From the NCBI GenBank assembly GCA_022562335.1, contig JADFPM010000001.1:1-33640 (forward strand): a DNA stretch of 33,640 nt, written 5' to 3'. The stretch's first letter is position 1. Each line of letters starts with the position of its first letter. Below the pieces are notes generated by a model. That model did no database searches. It worked only from the letters and a program-made list of their open reading frames with translations, and was not told the DNA's origin. The DNA comes from Chloroflexota bacterium (GTDB taxonomy: Bacteria > Chloroflexota > Dehalococcoidia > Lucifugimonadales > UBA3495). Positions 20,477-28,929 of this stretch are shown in pieces. Position numbers and translations under genes: made by a program.

Positions 20477-21814
20477 CTACAATATCGGCAGGTAGCGGGA
20501 TATTTCGTAATCGGTGACCGTGCTACGGTACTCTTCCCACTCTATCCGCTTATTGCGGATAAAGCTGTCGAAGATGTGCCCCCCCAGTGCGGAGCGCAAT
20601 AGATCGCTGTCTTCCGCCAGAGCGATCGCTTCACCCAAACTGCCCGGCAATGTCCGAATATTCCTGGTCTGCCGTTCTTCCGCGGACATGGCGAAAACGT
20701 TGCTTTCCGCCGGCGGAGGTGGCGGGTATTCTTCCTCAACGCCTTTAAAGCCCGCCGCTAGCATCACCGAAAACGCCAGGTATGGGTTGCACGCCGGGTC
20801 GGGAGCCCGGTATTCAATCCTCACCGAGCTTTCATAGCCCTGCTTGTAGGAGGGAACGCGAATCAAATCCGACCGGTTGACGTGGGACCACGAAATGTAT
20901 ACTGGGGCCTCGAATCCGGGCACCAGGCGCTTGTAGGAATTCACCCATTGATTGGTCACCAGGGTGATTTCCGGAGCATGGCGTATCAGCCCGGCGATGA
21001 AATGTTTGCCCAACATAGCCAGGTGATGCTCATCGTCGGGGTCGTAAAAGGCGTTATCATTGCCCTTGAAAAGCGATTGGTGGCTATGCATCCCAGAGCC
21101 GTTCATATTCGACAGGGGTTTGGGCATGAATGATGCGTAGGCGCCGCCGTTCTGGGCCAGTTCCTTGATCACCAGTTTCGCGGTCATCACGCTATCCGCC
21201 ATGGTAAGGGCGTCGGTGTATTGCAGGTCTATCTCGTGCTGGCTGTCGGCGGCTTCATGATGGGAATATTTGACGGGAATTCCCATCTCACCCAGATTCA
21301 GCACGGTATCCCGGCGCAAATCGCCGGCCAGGGGGCTGGAAAGTTGATCGAAATAGCCGCTGTGGTCCAGGGGCTCGGGTGTACTTGAGCTGGTAAAGTA
21401 GAAAAACTCCAATTCAGGACCGACGTAGTAGGTATAGCCGCGTTGGGCCAGCCGTTCCAGGTTGCGCTTCAGGGCGTACCTGGGGTCTCCCTCAAATGGA
21501 TCACCCTTGGGGGTGCGTATATCGCAAAACATGCGGGCCACCGCATTTTGCCGGGGCCGCCAGGGCAGCAGCGTAAAGGTCGACGGATCCGGGAAGGCGC
21601 GCATATCGCTTTCGTTGGTGCGGGCAAACCCTTCGATCGACGCACCGTCAAAGCCGACGCCTTGTTCGATGGCGTCTTCCAAATCCTCGACGGTTATGGC
21701 GAACCCTTTCAGGTTCCCCAATATGTCGGTGAACCAGAGACGAACGAATTTTACGTCATTTTCCCGGGCGTTGCGCAGTACGAATTCGCGCTCCGCAGCT
21801 CTGTCTTGCTCCAT
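20477..21814 (-). CDS. glnA: Glutamine synthetase type I (short GSI-alpha, Bacillus-like)
   Basis: FTDILG.LK, FDGASIEGF...ESD, GPELEF, HHE..SQHE, FMPKP...NGSGMH, NSYKRLVPGFEAP and RIEYRAPDPACNPYL. Confidence 0.96.
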   Translation of the reverse strand: MEQDRAAEREFVLRNARENDVKFVRLWFTDILGNLKGFAITVEDLEDAIEQGVGFDGASIEGFARTNESDMRAFPDPSTFTLLPWRPRQNAVARMFCDIRTPKGDPFEGDPRYALKRNLERLAQRGYTYYVGPELEFFYFTSSSTPEPLDHSGYFDQLSSPLAGDLRRDTVLNLGEMGIPVKYSHHEAADSQHEIDLQYTDALTMADSVMTAKLVIKELAQNGGAYASFMPKPLSNMNGSGMHSHQSLFKGNDNAFYDPDDEHHLAMLGKHFIAGLIRHAPEITLVTNQWVNSYKRLVPGFEAPVYISWSHVNRSDLIRVPSYKQGYESSVRIEYRAPDPACNPYLAFSVMLAAGFKGVEEEYPPPPPAESNVFAMSAEERQTRNIRTLPGSLGEAIALAEDSDLLRSALGGHIFDSFIRNKRIEWEEYRSTVTDYEISRYLPIL

Positions 21815-21915
21815 GTTGACGTCCCCTTAGCCTCCGTGAAAAGGCGCCGCACCGCCGGTGAAACCCGCAGGCCGGTCCACATCTGCATTGCCGGCTAGAT
21901 TTACCACGGCTGACC

Positions 21916-23127
21916 TCAGGCTATATATGCGGACTCCGCATGTTGGGATAGGTCCAATCCCGATTCCTCTTCTTCCTCACTCGCCCGGATCCCGATGGTG
22001 TACTTCAAGGCCAGAAGTATGATGGAGGTGGCCACGAATGCCCAGCCCCAAGATGCTCCGATGGCGATCAGTTGCAAAACGATCTGCTCACCCCGGCTGA
22101 TGTCGCCCAGAGATGCAAATCCTATCCCCACGAATAATCCGGTGGCCAGTGCGCCCCAGGTCCCGCCGACACCGTGGACACCCCAGACGGCCAGGGCATC
22201 GTCCACTTTAAGGGCGAGCAGCAATTTTACCGCACCGTAGCATACGACGCCAGCGCCCACACCGATTATCAAGGCGGGCATGGGTCCGACGAACCCGGAA
22301 GCTGGAGTGATCGCCACCAAGCCGGCCACCGCCCCCGAGGCCGCGCCGACTATGCTTGGCTTACCATCGAACACCCAAGACATGAGCACCCACGAAACCA
22401 AGGCGGCTGCCGTGGCGGTGTTGGTCACCACAAAGGCATTGACGGCGGTCCCGTTGGCCGCCAGGGCGCTGCCGGCGTTGAACCCGAACCAGCCGAACCA
22501 CAGCAAGCCAGCCCCCAGCACCACCATGGGCACATTGTGGGGCGGCATCGCCTGTGTCCCGAACCCTATCCGTTTTCCGATTATAAGGGCCGCTGCCAGC
22601 GCGGCCACTCCCGCGTTGATGTGGACCACGGTGCCGCCGGCAAAGTCCAACGCGCCCAGGCTGCCCAACCAGCCGCCACCCCATACCCAGTGGGCCATCG
22701 GCGCGTAAACAATGGTGACCCACAGGACTACAAAGATCACAAAAGCGCTGAACTTCATCCGGTCGGCAAATGCGCCGGTGATCAGCGCCGGCGTGATGAT
22801 CGCGAACATGGCCTGGAAGATCATGAACGCCTGGTGAGGAATGGTGTCCGAATATGGGCCTGCCTCAGTGGCGGACACGCCTCTCAGACCGATCCAGTCC
22901 AAATTGCCCACCAAGCCCCAGCCGTTCCACGATGGGGCGAAGGCCAGGCTGTAGCCCCACAAGACCCAAACGACGCCCACAATACCCATGCACGACAAGC
23001 TGTACATGATGGTGGAGGTGGTATTTTTTCGCCGCACCAACCCCCCATAAAAGAATGCCAATCCGGGCGTCATCAGTAACACCAGGGCTGAACTGGCCAA
23101 CACCCAAGCAATATCTCCCGAATCCAT
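21916..23127 (-). CDS. amtB: Ammonium transporter (AmtB-like, canonical)
   Basis: MTPGLAFFYGGLVR, FQAMFA, HWVWGGG, DFAGGTVVH, GWFGFNAGS and DDA..V.GVHG (twin-His). Confidence 0.97.
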   Translation of the reverse strand: MDSGDIAWVLASSALVLLMTPGLAFFYGGLVRRKNTTSTIMYSLSCMGIVGVVWVLWGYSLAFAPSWNGWGLVGNLDWIGLRGVSATEAGPYSDTIPHQAFMIFQAMFAIITPALITGAFADRMKFSAFVIFVVLWVTIVYAPMAHWVWGGGWLGSLGALDFAGGTVVHINAGVAALAAALIIGKRIGFGTQAMPPHNVPMVVLGAGLLWFGWFGFNAGSALAANGTAVNAFVVTNTATAAALVSWVLMSWVFDGKPSIVGAASGAVAGLVAITPASGFVGPMPALIIGVGAGVVCYGAVKLLLALKVDDALAVWGVHGVGGTWGALATGLFVGIGFASLGDISRGEQIVLQLIAIGASWGWAFVATSIILLALKYTIGIRASEEEEESGLDLSQHAESAYIA

Positions 23128-23279
23128 CGCTATTTCATCTTCTCCTTAGATTTGGGCCGTCAAGTCGAATAGATAAAGGCCCACACCGGCTGGATCGTCC
23201 GACAGCATGGGCCCGTCTTTCTGGTTGATCATGGGCCTGCGGCCAACTGTAACAGCCGCAGGAAATTGGAAGATAACGG

Positions 23280-23363
23280 TTACTTGCGAAGGAACTTTCG
23301 GGGCAACACCACCCAAATCCCAAACAGCGCCACAAAAACCCCTGCCGCAACAATCGCTTCCAT
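23280..23363 (-). CDS. Putative 27-aa single-pass membrane small protein MEAIVAAGVFVALFGIWVVLPRKFLRK
   Basis: GGAGG 9 nt upstream of the ATG; about 17 hydrophobic residues followed by a basic tail; first RBS-led ORF after the predicted amt promoter. Too short for the ORF track. Confidence 0.65.
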   Translation of the reverse strand: MEAIVAAGVFVALFGIWVVLPRKFLRK

Positions 23364-23376
23364 CGTTGGCTTCCTC

Positions 23377-23420
23377 CATCAAGACCGCATCAAGACCGCA
23401 TCAAGACCGCATCAAGACCG
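23377..23420. repeat. Perfect tandem repeat (CATCAAGACCG) x4
   Basis: Units start at 23377, 23388, 23399 and 23410. Confidence 0.97.
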
Positions 23421-23445
23421 GCAAATAACCGAAACTTCATTTTCA

Positions 23446-23499
23446 ATTCTAAGCACCGGTGTTACAAATACTTTTCTAATATGTTAAATCCATGTTACA
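23446..23499 (-). promoter_or_regulatory. Promoter of smallORF-amtB-glnA: phased TGTTA boxes plus -10 TAGAAT
   Basis: Plus strand has TGTTACA at 23460, TGTTAAA at 23482 and TGTTACA at 23493 (22/11-bp spacing). Minus-strand TAGAAT at 23446-23451. Confidence 0.7.
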
Positions 23500-23594
23500 T
23501 TTTCCCACTCCTCACGCCTGGTCAGGCCATTGGCACCATGTGGCATTGCTGTTTCGGGCTGAGGACATCACCGGTCCTCAAAAAACTTGGGCCC

Positions 23595-23632
23595 AAAAAG
23601 GATTCGGGGCGCGGCAACGCGCCCCGAATCCT
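23595..23632 (-). terminator. Rho-independent terminator after the second amt
   Basis: Perfect 15-bp stem AGGATTCGGGGCGCG/CGCGCCCCGAATCCT with 4-nt loop, ending in a 5-T run on the minus strand. Confidence 0.85.
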
Positions 23633-23682
23633 GCTCTCCAAACATCCCTCTAGGAGAAGGGCGATGTCAAGTTGAGCCCCGG

Positions 23683-25062
23683 TCAATCACCCGAGCCGGG
23701 CACTGATTCTCCACCATAGGCCTCAATCCCGTGCTCCGATATGTCCAACCCGGCCAGCTCTTCCTCCCGGGTGACCCGGATCCCCATGGTGAATTTCAAA
23801 AGCAGGAACAGCGCAAATCCTGTGCCCAACGCCCAGGCAAGCACCACGCCCATGCTGATCAACTGGGAAAGGATCTGCAGCGTGTTTCCCACCACCAGGC
23901 CGCTGACGCCGTTGTTCCCGTTGGCGAAGATCCCCACCGCCAAAAGCCCCCACAACCCGGTAGAGCCATGCACCGATATGGCGCTTACCGGATCATCTAT
24001 CTTGAACACTTTCTCAATCAGGATCACAGACCCCATCATCACCGGAGCGGCTATCAAGCCGATCACCACCGCGGACCATGGTTCCACAAAGGCAGCCCCG
24101 GCGGTTATGCCCACCAATCCGGCAAGGGCGCCGTTGCAAGCCATCAAGATGTCGGTGGTGCCTTTGCGCATCAATTGGATGTAGAGGGCCACCACAGCGC
24201 CCGTGGCCCCTGAAAGCAGGGTGTTGATGGCGTTAAGGCCGATGGAATCGCCGGTGTTTATATTGAAGCCAAACCAGCCGAAGAAGAGGATGAACGTGCC
24301 CACGACCACGTACGGCACGCTATGCCCCAAGATGACGTTGGCGGAGCCGTCGGCGTTGTACTTCCCTATTCTCGGGCCCACCACCGCGGCCCCGGCCAAG
24401 GCGATGAATCCTCCCACGGCGTGCACCACCCCGGAGCCGGCGTAATCGGCTGCCGCGGGCAGGTTGATACTTTCCAGAGAACCCAGCCATCCTCCGCCCC
24501 AGACCCAGTGGCCGTATAGCGGATAGATGATGGCGCCCACCATGAAGCTATAGGCCAAATACGCCTGGGTCTTGGTCCGTTCCGCCATGGCCCCGGCCAC
24601 GATGGTCGCCGCGGTGGCCGCAAACACCATCTGGAACACAAAATCCACGTAGGTCTGGCCATTGGCCGAGTCGGTAAGGAAAAAGTTGGTGGTGCCGGCG
24701 ATCCCCGCCGCCGATGTCCCCCACATCAAAGCGAAGCCAAAGGCCCAGAAAGACAGGGAAGCGATGGCAAAGTCCATAAAGCTTTTTGTCAGGTAGTTGG
24801 TGGTGTTCTTGGACCGGATCAAGCCCGCCCCCAAAAAGGCGAAGCCGGCCTGCATGAAAAACACCAAAAACGCCGCAAACATCCAGATGATATTGGCGCC
24901 CTGATCCAATTTATCGGCCTTGGACGTGATGTCCTGGGCAAAGGCCACGTTGTATCCCGCCAGTATCCCGGCCGCAAACAGAGCGGCGATCACCAGGGGC
25001 AACACCCGGCGCAGTGTGATGGGGCCCCAACGGCTTTTCCCAGTAGCGTAAACGCGCAACAT
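23683..25062 (-). CDS. amt: Ammonium transporter (second, divergent Amt with signal-peptide-like N-terminus)
   Basis: FFMQAGFAFL.AG..RSKN, FQMVFAATAATIVAGAMAER, DYAGSGVVH, GWFGFN and DDPVSAISVHG. GAGGAGG RBS; AFA|QD cleavage-like site. Confidence 0.96.
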   Translation of the reverse strand: MLRVYATGKSRWGPITLRRVLPLVIAALFAAGILAGYNVAFAQDITSKADKLDQGANIIWMFAAFLVFFMQAGFAFLGAGLIRSKNTTNYLTKSFMDFAIASLSFWAFGFALMWGTSAAGIAGTTNFFLTDSANGQTYVDFVFQMVFAATAATIVAGAMAERTKTQAYLAYSFMVGAIIYPLYGHWVWGGGWLGSLESINLPAAADYAGSGVVHAVGGFIALAGAAVVGPRIGKYNADGSANVILGHSVPYVVVGTFILFFGWFGFNINTGDSIGLNAINTLLSGATGAVVALYIQLMRKGTTDILMACNGALAGLVGITAGAAFVEPWSAVVIGLIAAPVMMGSVILIEKVFKIDDPVSAISVHGSTGLWGLLAVGIFANGNNGVSGLVVGNTLQILSQLISMGVVLAWALGTGFALFLLLKFTMGIRVTREEELAGLDISEHGIEAYGGESVPGSGD

Positions 25063-25088
25063 TTTCTCCTCCTCAAGGGGTTTCCAGC

Positions 25089-25165
25089 ATGTTAAAGGCG
25101 CTTTGTTACGCCAAGGTTGCCTGTTTGTTACACTCGTGTTCCAAATGTGTTAATTGTTTGTTAAA
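25089..25165 (-). promoter_or_regulatory. Promoter of second amt: array of 11-bp-phased TGTT(A) boxes plus -10 TAACAT
   Basis: TGTTACG 25104, degenerate GGTTGCC 25115, TGTTACA 25126, TGTTCCA 25137, TGTTAAT 25148, TGTTAAA 25159. Minus-strand TAACAT at 25089-25094. Confidence 0.78.
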
Positions 25166-25320
25166 TCCCGCCCCACATCCCGCATTCAACAAATATCCGG
25201 ACGCGCCGCCCGTGAGACCCTTGCTGAACAGGTTAAAAGAGAGAGATTGAGCCTGCACTGAAATGACCTGGACGTTTTCGGAATCCGCCATGGCTAGCCG
25301 CCCGACCCCAGTCAACGGGC

Positions 25321-25356
25321 AATCAAATGGGCGGCCTTGCGGCCGCCCATTTGATT
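25321..25356 (-). terminator. Strong hairpin downstream of the sulfurtransferase gene (terminator or 3' stabiliser)
   Basis: Perfect 16-bp stem AATCAAATGGGCGGCC/GGCCGCCCATTTGATT with GCAA loop on the minus strand; no clear U-tract. Confidence 0.6.
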
Positions 25357-25429
25357 CCGTTGCCGCGGCAACCCCTCGAGGGTTTTGGCGGTTCAGGTGA
25401 TTGCGCGGTTTACGTGACGAATAGGGTGA

Positions 25430-26275
25430 TCACGGTTTCTCTATGGGAGCGTTGACGATGCTGCCCCATTCGGTCCAGGACCCGTCATAGTTCCGGGTGT
25501 TCTCGAACCCCAATAGTTGGGTCAGCACAAACCAGGTGTGGGACGAACGTTCCCCGATGCGGCAATAGGCGATGGTCTCTTTGCCGCCATCGATGCCTTT
25601 TCCGCCGTACAGCGCCGCCAGATCGTCGGCGCTTTTAAAGCTGCCGTCTTCGGCCACGGCCTGGCCCCAAGGGATGTTAGCCGCGCCGGGAATATGGCCG
25701 CCCCGCTGGGCCCCTTCCTGGGGCAGGTTTTCCGGCGCCAACAACTCGCCGCTGAATTCGGCGGGCGCCCGGACGTCCACCAGCGAAATGTTGCCCGAGT
25801 TTACCGCTCCCAGCACGTAATCCCGGTAGGCGCGGATGCTCTCGTTGGGCTGGGCAGCCCCGTAGGTCTTAACCTGGGCGGTGGTGGCCTCGGTGGAGGT
25901 CGGCCTGCCTTCGGCAAGCCATTTGACCCGCCCGCCGTCCATGAGACGCACGTCCTGATGGCCGTAATACTTCATCTGCCAAAAGGCCCAAGCAGCGAAC
26001 CAGTTATTGTTGTCGCCGTAAAGGATCACCGTCGTGTTGTTGTCTATGCCGGAGCCGCCCAGAAGCCGCTCCATGTCCTCTTTGCTGATCACGTCCCGGC
26101 GCAGGGTTTGTTGAAGTTGATTGTGCCAATCCCAGGCCACGGCGCCCGCCACGTGGCCTTGCTCGTAGGCTGAAGTGTCAACGTCCACTTCAACCAGGCG
26201 GACGTTGGGATCGCTGCCGTGTTGAGAGACCCACTCGGTGGTGACCAGAGATTCTGGGTGCGCGTATTCAGCCAT
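25430..26275 (-). CDS. Thiosulfate sulfurtransferase (tandem rhodanese, CysA/SseA-like)
   Basis: LVEVDVD..AY..GHV.GA, YGDNNNWFAA, GHIPGA, active site YCRIGERS and YDGSWTEWG. GGAGG RBS. Confidence 0.96.
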   Translation of the reverse strand: MAEYAHPESLVTTEWVSQHGSDPNVRLVEVDVDTSAYEQGHVAGAVAWDWHNQLQQTLRRDVISKEDMERLLGGSGIDNNTTVILYGDNNNWFAAWAFWQMKYYGHQDVRLMDGGRVKWLAEGRPTSTEATTAQVKTYGAAQPNESIRAYRDYVLGAVNSGNISLVDVRAPAEFSGELLAPENLPQEGAQRGGHIPGAANIPWGQAVAEDGSFKSADDLAALYGGKGIDGGKETIAYCRIGERSSHTWFVLTQLLGFENTRNYDGSWTEWGSIVNAPIEKP

Positions 26276-26738
26276 GTTAGACCTCCAAATGTCTCAGTGA
26301 TGATTTTGTTTGCGCTCTCGACAATCTATACCGTTGTGCGTATTTTGGGAAGCCCGGAAGCTTTGATGCGCCCGGAGCGGTAAAGATTCAAAAAATCACT
26401 GGGATACCGGGCGAAGGTATGCACCGAAAATGGCGAAGCCGATATTCACGGCGCCGCCGCCGGAAAAGATTTTCGGCCTTAAACATCGCTTTTCCCCGCC
26501 GTAATACGTGAATCCCGTGAAATTGTGCAACGAGTGGATGATTGCCGCATCCCCGGATCATATTTCGAGAAATCCGTGAACCATTCCCTTTCGTAAATTG
26601 AGATGCGGGATACCGCCTAGACGTTGGTCAGGGCCTCCGGCGAAGATGGACCATCCGCGCTGCTTACCGCCTGACTGGGGAAACCGGCGTCCGCCCCGCG
26701 GCAGGCACCATTTCAAAGCGTAATGACGGCTAAAACCT

Positions 26739-26767
26739 TTGCATTTTTAACCCCGCTCCTTTAATAT
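26739..26767 (+). promoter_or_regulatory. Putative sigma70 promoter for ftsH: TTGCAT-17bp-TAATAT
   Basis: TTGCAT at 26739-26744 and TAATAT at 26762-26767. Confidence 0.6.
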
Positions 26768-26844
26768 AAAGGAGGTTCACCCTATAACTCATAGGTAAAG
26801 TGGCCCGGGATATATCCAAATGGGTCTGAGGGTAAAGGATCAGT

Positions 26845-28842
26845 ATGGGAAACAACCGGTTAATGAGGAATGGCTTCCTTTATCTCCTCGTTATAATAGG
26901 CGTGATAGTCATCTTTTACACGCTGTTGCCCAGCTTCGGAGCCAGTACCGAGCAGCCCATCACCACCGTGATCGCCATGGCCAAAAACCACGAGCTGCGT
27001 GAGGTAGTGGTCGATGGCAGAAAGCTCACGGTCTACCCCAAGGTCAGCTCCGGCGCCACCGGAGACCGTTTCACCAGCCGCATCGGAAGCGACAGCGACA
27101 TAGTAACCCTGTTGGTGGAGAGCGGCGTGGACATCGGACCTCCCAATGGAGTGGAGGTCATCTTCCAAGGCTCCAGCGGCCTGAGCAGCTTCTTCGGGCT
27201 GCTCATAAATTTCCTGCCCATCATCATATTCGGCGGCTTGATCCTGTTCATGATGCGCCAGGCCCAGGGCAGCAACAACCAGACCATGAGTTTTGGCCGC
27301 AGCCGGGCACGCATGGCGCCGATCAATCGTCCCACCGTGTCATTTGACGAGGTGGCCGGGATAGACGAGGCCAAAGCCGAGCTCTATGAAGTGGTAGAGT
27401 TCCTCAAATTCCCCGAGCGGTTCACGGCCTTGGGCGCTCGGATTCCCAAAGGCGTCCTGTTGGTAGGAGCGCCCGGCACCGGCAAAACCCTGCTGGCCAG
27501 GGCCGTCGCCGGCGAGGCGGGTGTCCCCTTCTTCCACATCAGCGGCAGTGAATTCGTTGAGATGTTCGTCGGCGTGGGTGCCGCCCGCGTCCGCGACCTG
27601 TTCGAGCAGGCCAAGCGCAACGCGCCCTGTATCATCTTTGTCGATGAGATCGACGCCGTGGGACGCCACCGGGGCGCGGGCCTCGGCGGTGGCCATGACG
27701 AACGGGAGCAGACCCTCAACCAGATACTGGTGGAGATGGACGGGTTCGAGACCAACACCAACATCATCGTCCTCGCCGCCACCAACCGGCCCGACATCTT
27801 GGACCCGGCTCTTTTACGGCCTGGGAGGTTCGACCGCCGGGTCACCATCGACCTGCCCGACGTTAAGGGCCGGGCCGCCATCCTGAAGGTCCACTCAGCA
27901 GGCAAGCCATTGGCCCCCGAAATCGTTCTGGACACCCTGGCCAAACAAACGCCGGGTTTCAGCGGCGCCGATCTAGCCAACCTGGTCAACGAGGCGGCTA
28001 TCCTGGCGGCCCGCCTGAACAAGAAGGCCATCTTCATGTCCGAGTTCGAAGAAGCGGTGGACCGCATAATCGCCGGACCCGAGAGGAAGAGCCGGGTCTT
28101 CAGCGCCCGGGAAAAGGAGATGACGGCCTACCACGAGGGAGGCCACGCATTGGTCGCCTGGTTGCTGCCCCATGCCGACCGGGTACACAAGATTTCCATC
28201 GTCCCCCGGGGCAATATGGGAGGGCACACCTCTCTGTTGCCCGAGGAAGAAAGGTACTTGTGGACCAAGAACCAGTTTGACGACATGCTGGCGGTCACCA
28301 TGGGGGGCCGCGCCGCCGAACAACAAATATTCGGCGAGCTGACCACCGGCGCCAGCAACGACATCGAACGCGCCACCAAGACCGCCCTGGGCATGATCAA
28401 GAGATACGGAATGAGCGAGTCCCTGGGGCCGAGAACCTTTGGAAAACGGGAAGAGATGGTATTCCTGGGCCGGGAGATCAGCGAAGAGCGGGACTATGGC
28501 GACAAGGTGGCCGAACAGATCGATGAAGAGGTAAAAGCGTTGATCAATGGCGCCTATCACCGGGCGGAAGAGCTACTGGAGACCAACAAGCCCAAACTGG
28601 TGAAGTTGGCAGAATACCTGATCGAGCACGAAACGTTGTCCGGCGAAAACATGGTCAAGCTATTCAATGACGAGGAATTTGGCGACGAACCCGGAAGCCC
28701 CGCAGTGCCGCCTGAGGTCTCTCCCGACGCCCCCGCCTATACATCCCCGCCGCCTCAGCCTGCGGTCCCCCAACCGGCGCCGAGCTTAGGTTCCCAATCA
28801 GACCCTGGGATTTCCGCTCTTCCCGGTGAGGACGACGGCTAG
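26845..28842 (+). CDS. ftsH: ATP-dependent zinc metalloprotease FtsH
   Basis: Two TMs, [34 protein letters not shown] and HEGGH; Pro-rich C-terminal tail. Confidence 0.98.
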   Translation: MGNNRLMRNGFLYLLVIIGVIVIFYTLLPSFGASTEQPITTVIAMAKNHELREVVVDGRKLTVYPKVSSGATGDRFTSRIGSDSDIVTLLVESGVDIGPPNGVEVIFQGSSGLSSFFGLLINFLPIIIFGGLILFMMRQAQGSNNQTMSFGRSRARMAPINRPTVSFDEVAGIDEAKAELYEVVEFLKFPERFTALGARIPKGVLLVGAPGTGKTLLARAVAGEAGVPFFHISGSEFVEMFVGVGAARVRDLFEQAKRNAPCIIFVDEIDAVGRHRGAGLGGGHDEREQTLNQILVEMDGFETNTNIIVLAATNRPDILDPALLRPGRFDRRVTIDLPDVKGRAAILKVHSAGKPLAPEIVLDTLAKQTPGFSGADLANLVNEAAILAARLNKKAIFMSEFEEAVDRIIAGPERKSRVFSAREKEMTAYHEGGHALVAWLLPHADRVHKISIVPRGNMGGHTSLLPEEERYLWTKNQFDDMLAVTMGGRAAEQQIFGELTTGASNDIERATKTALGMIKRYGMSESLGPRTFGKREEMVFLGREISEERDYGDKVAEQIDEEVKALINGAYHRAEELLETNKPKLVKLAEYLIEHETLSGENMVKLFNDEEFGDEPGSPAVPPEVSPDAPAYTSPPPQPAVPQPAPSLGSQSDPGISALPGEDDG

Positions 28843-28929
28843 CCGCCGTCTAGATTTGGGCCCCCGCTTGGTCCCGGAGGCGTTTGAACCGCAAAGCAGT
28901 GATATATTCCGGCCGCTTCGGGCCCGTTG

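Noticed and set aside
22174..23079. 301-aa plus-strand ORF and similar long antisense ORFs over amt, ftsH, the rhodanese and hflC
   Set aside because: Typical GC-rich antisense frames opposite well-supported genes.
23146..23382. 78-aa minus-strand ORF (MMEEANDG...) and overlapping 72-aa ORF upstream of amtB, considered as glnK or another protein
   Set aside because: No PII motifs and no RBS; the GGAGG is positioned for the 27-aa ORF in another frame.
23377..23420. Repeat considered as a CRISPR array
   Set aside because: 11-bp units with no spacers and no cas genes.
23482..23499. TGTTA-N8-TTACA considered as a TnrA/GlnR (Firmicutes) or NtcA palindrome
   Set aside because: Spacing fits neither TGTNA-N7-TNACA nor GTA-N8-TAC; the direct-repeat model explains both amt promoters.
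26276..26844. 570-bp intergenic region examined for a SAM riboswitch, tRNA or other ncRNA
   Set aside because: No recognisable conserved core by eye; explained by divergent promoters. An Rfam scan would be needed to exclude this fully.
28680..28842. Pro-rich low-complexity FtsH tail
   Set aside because: Disordered C-terminal tails are common in FtsH proteins.
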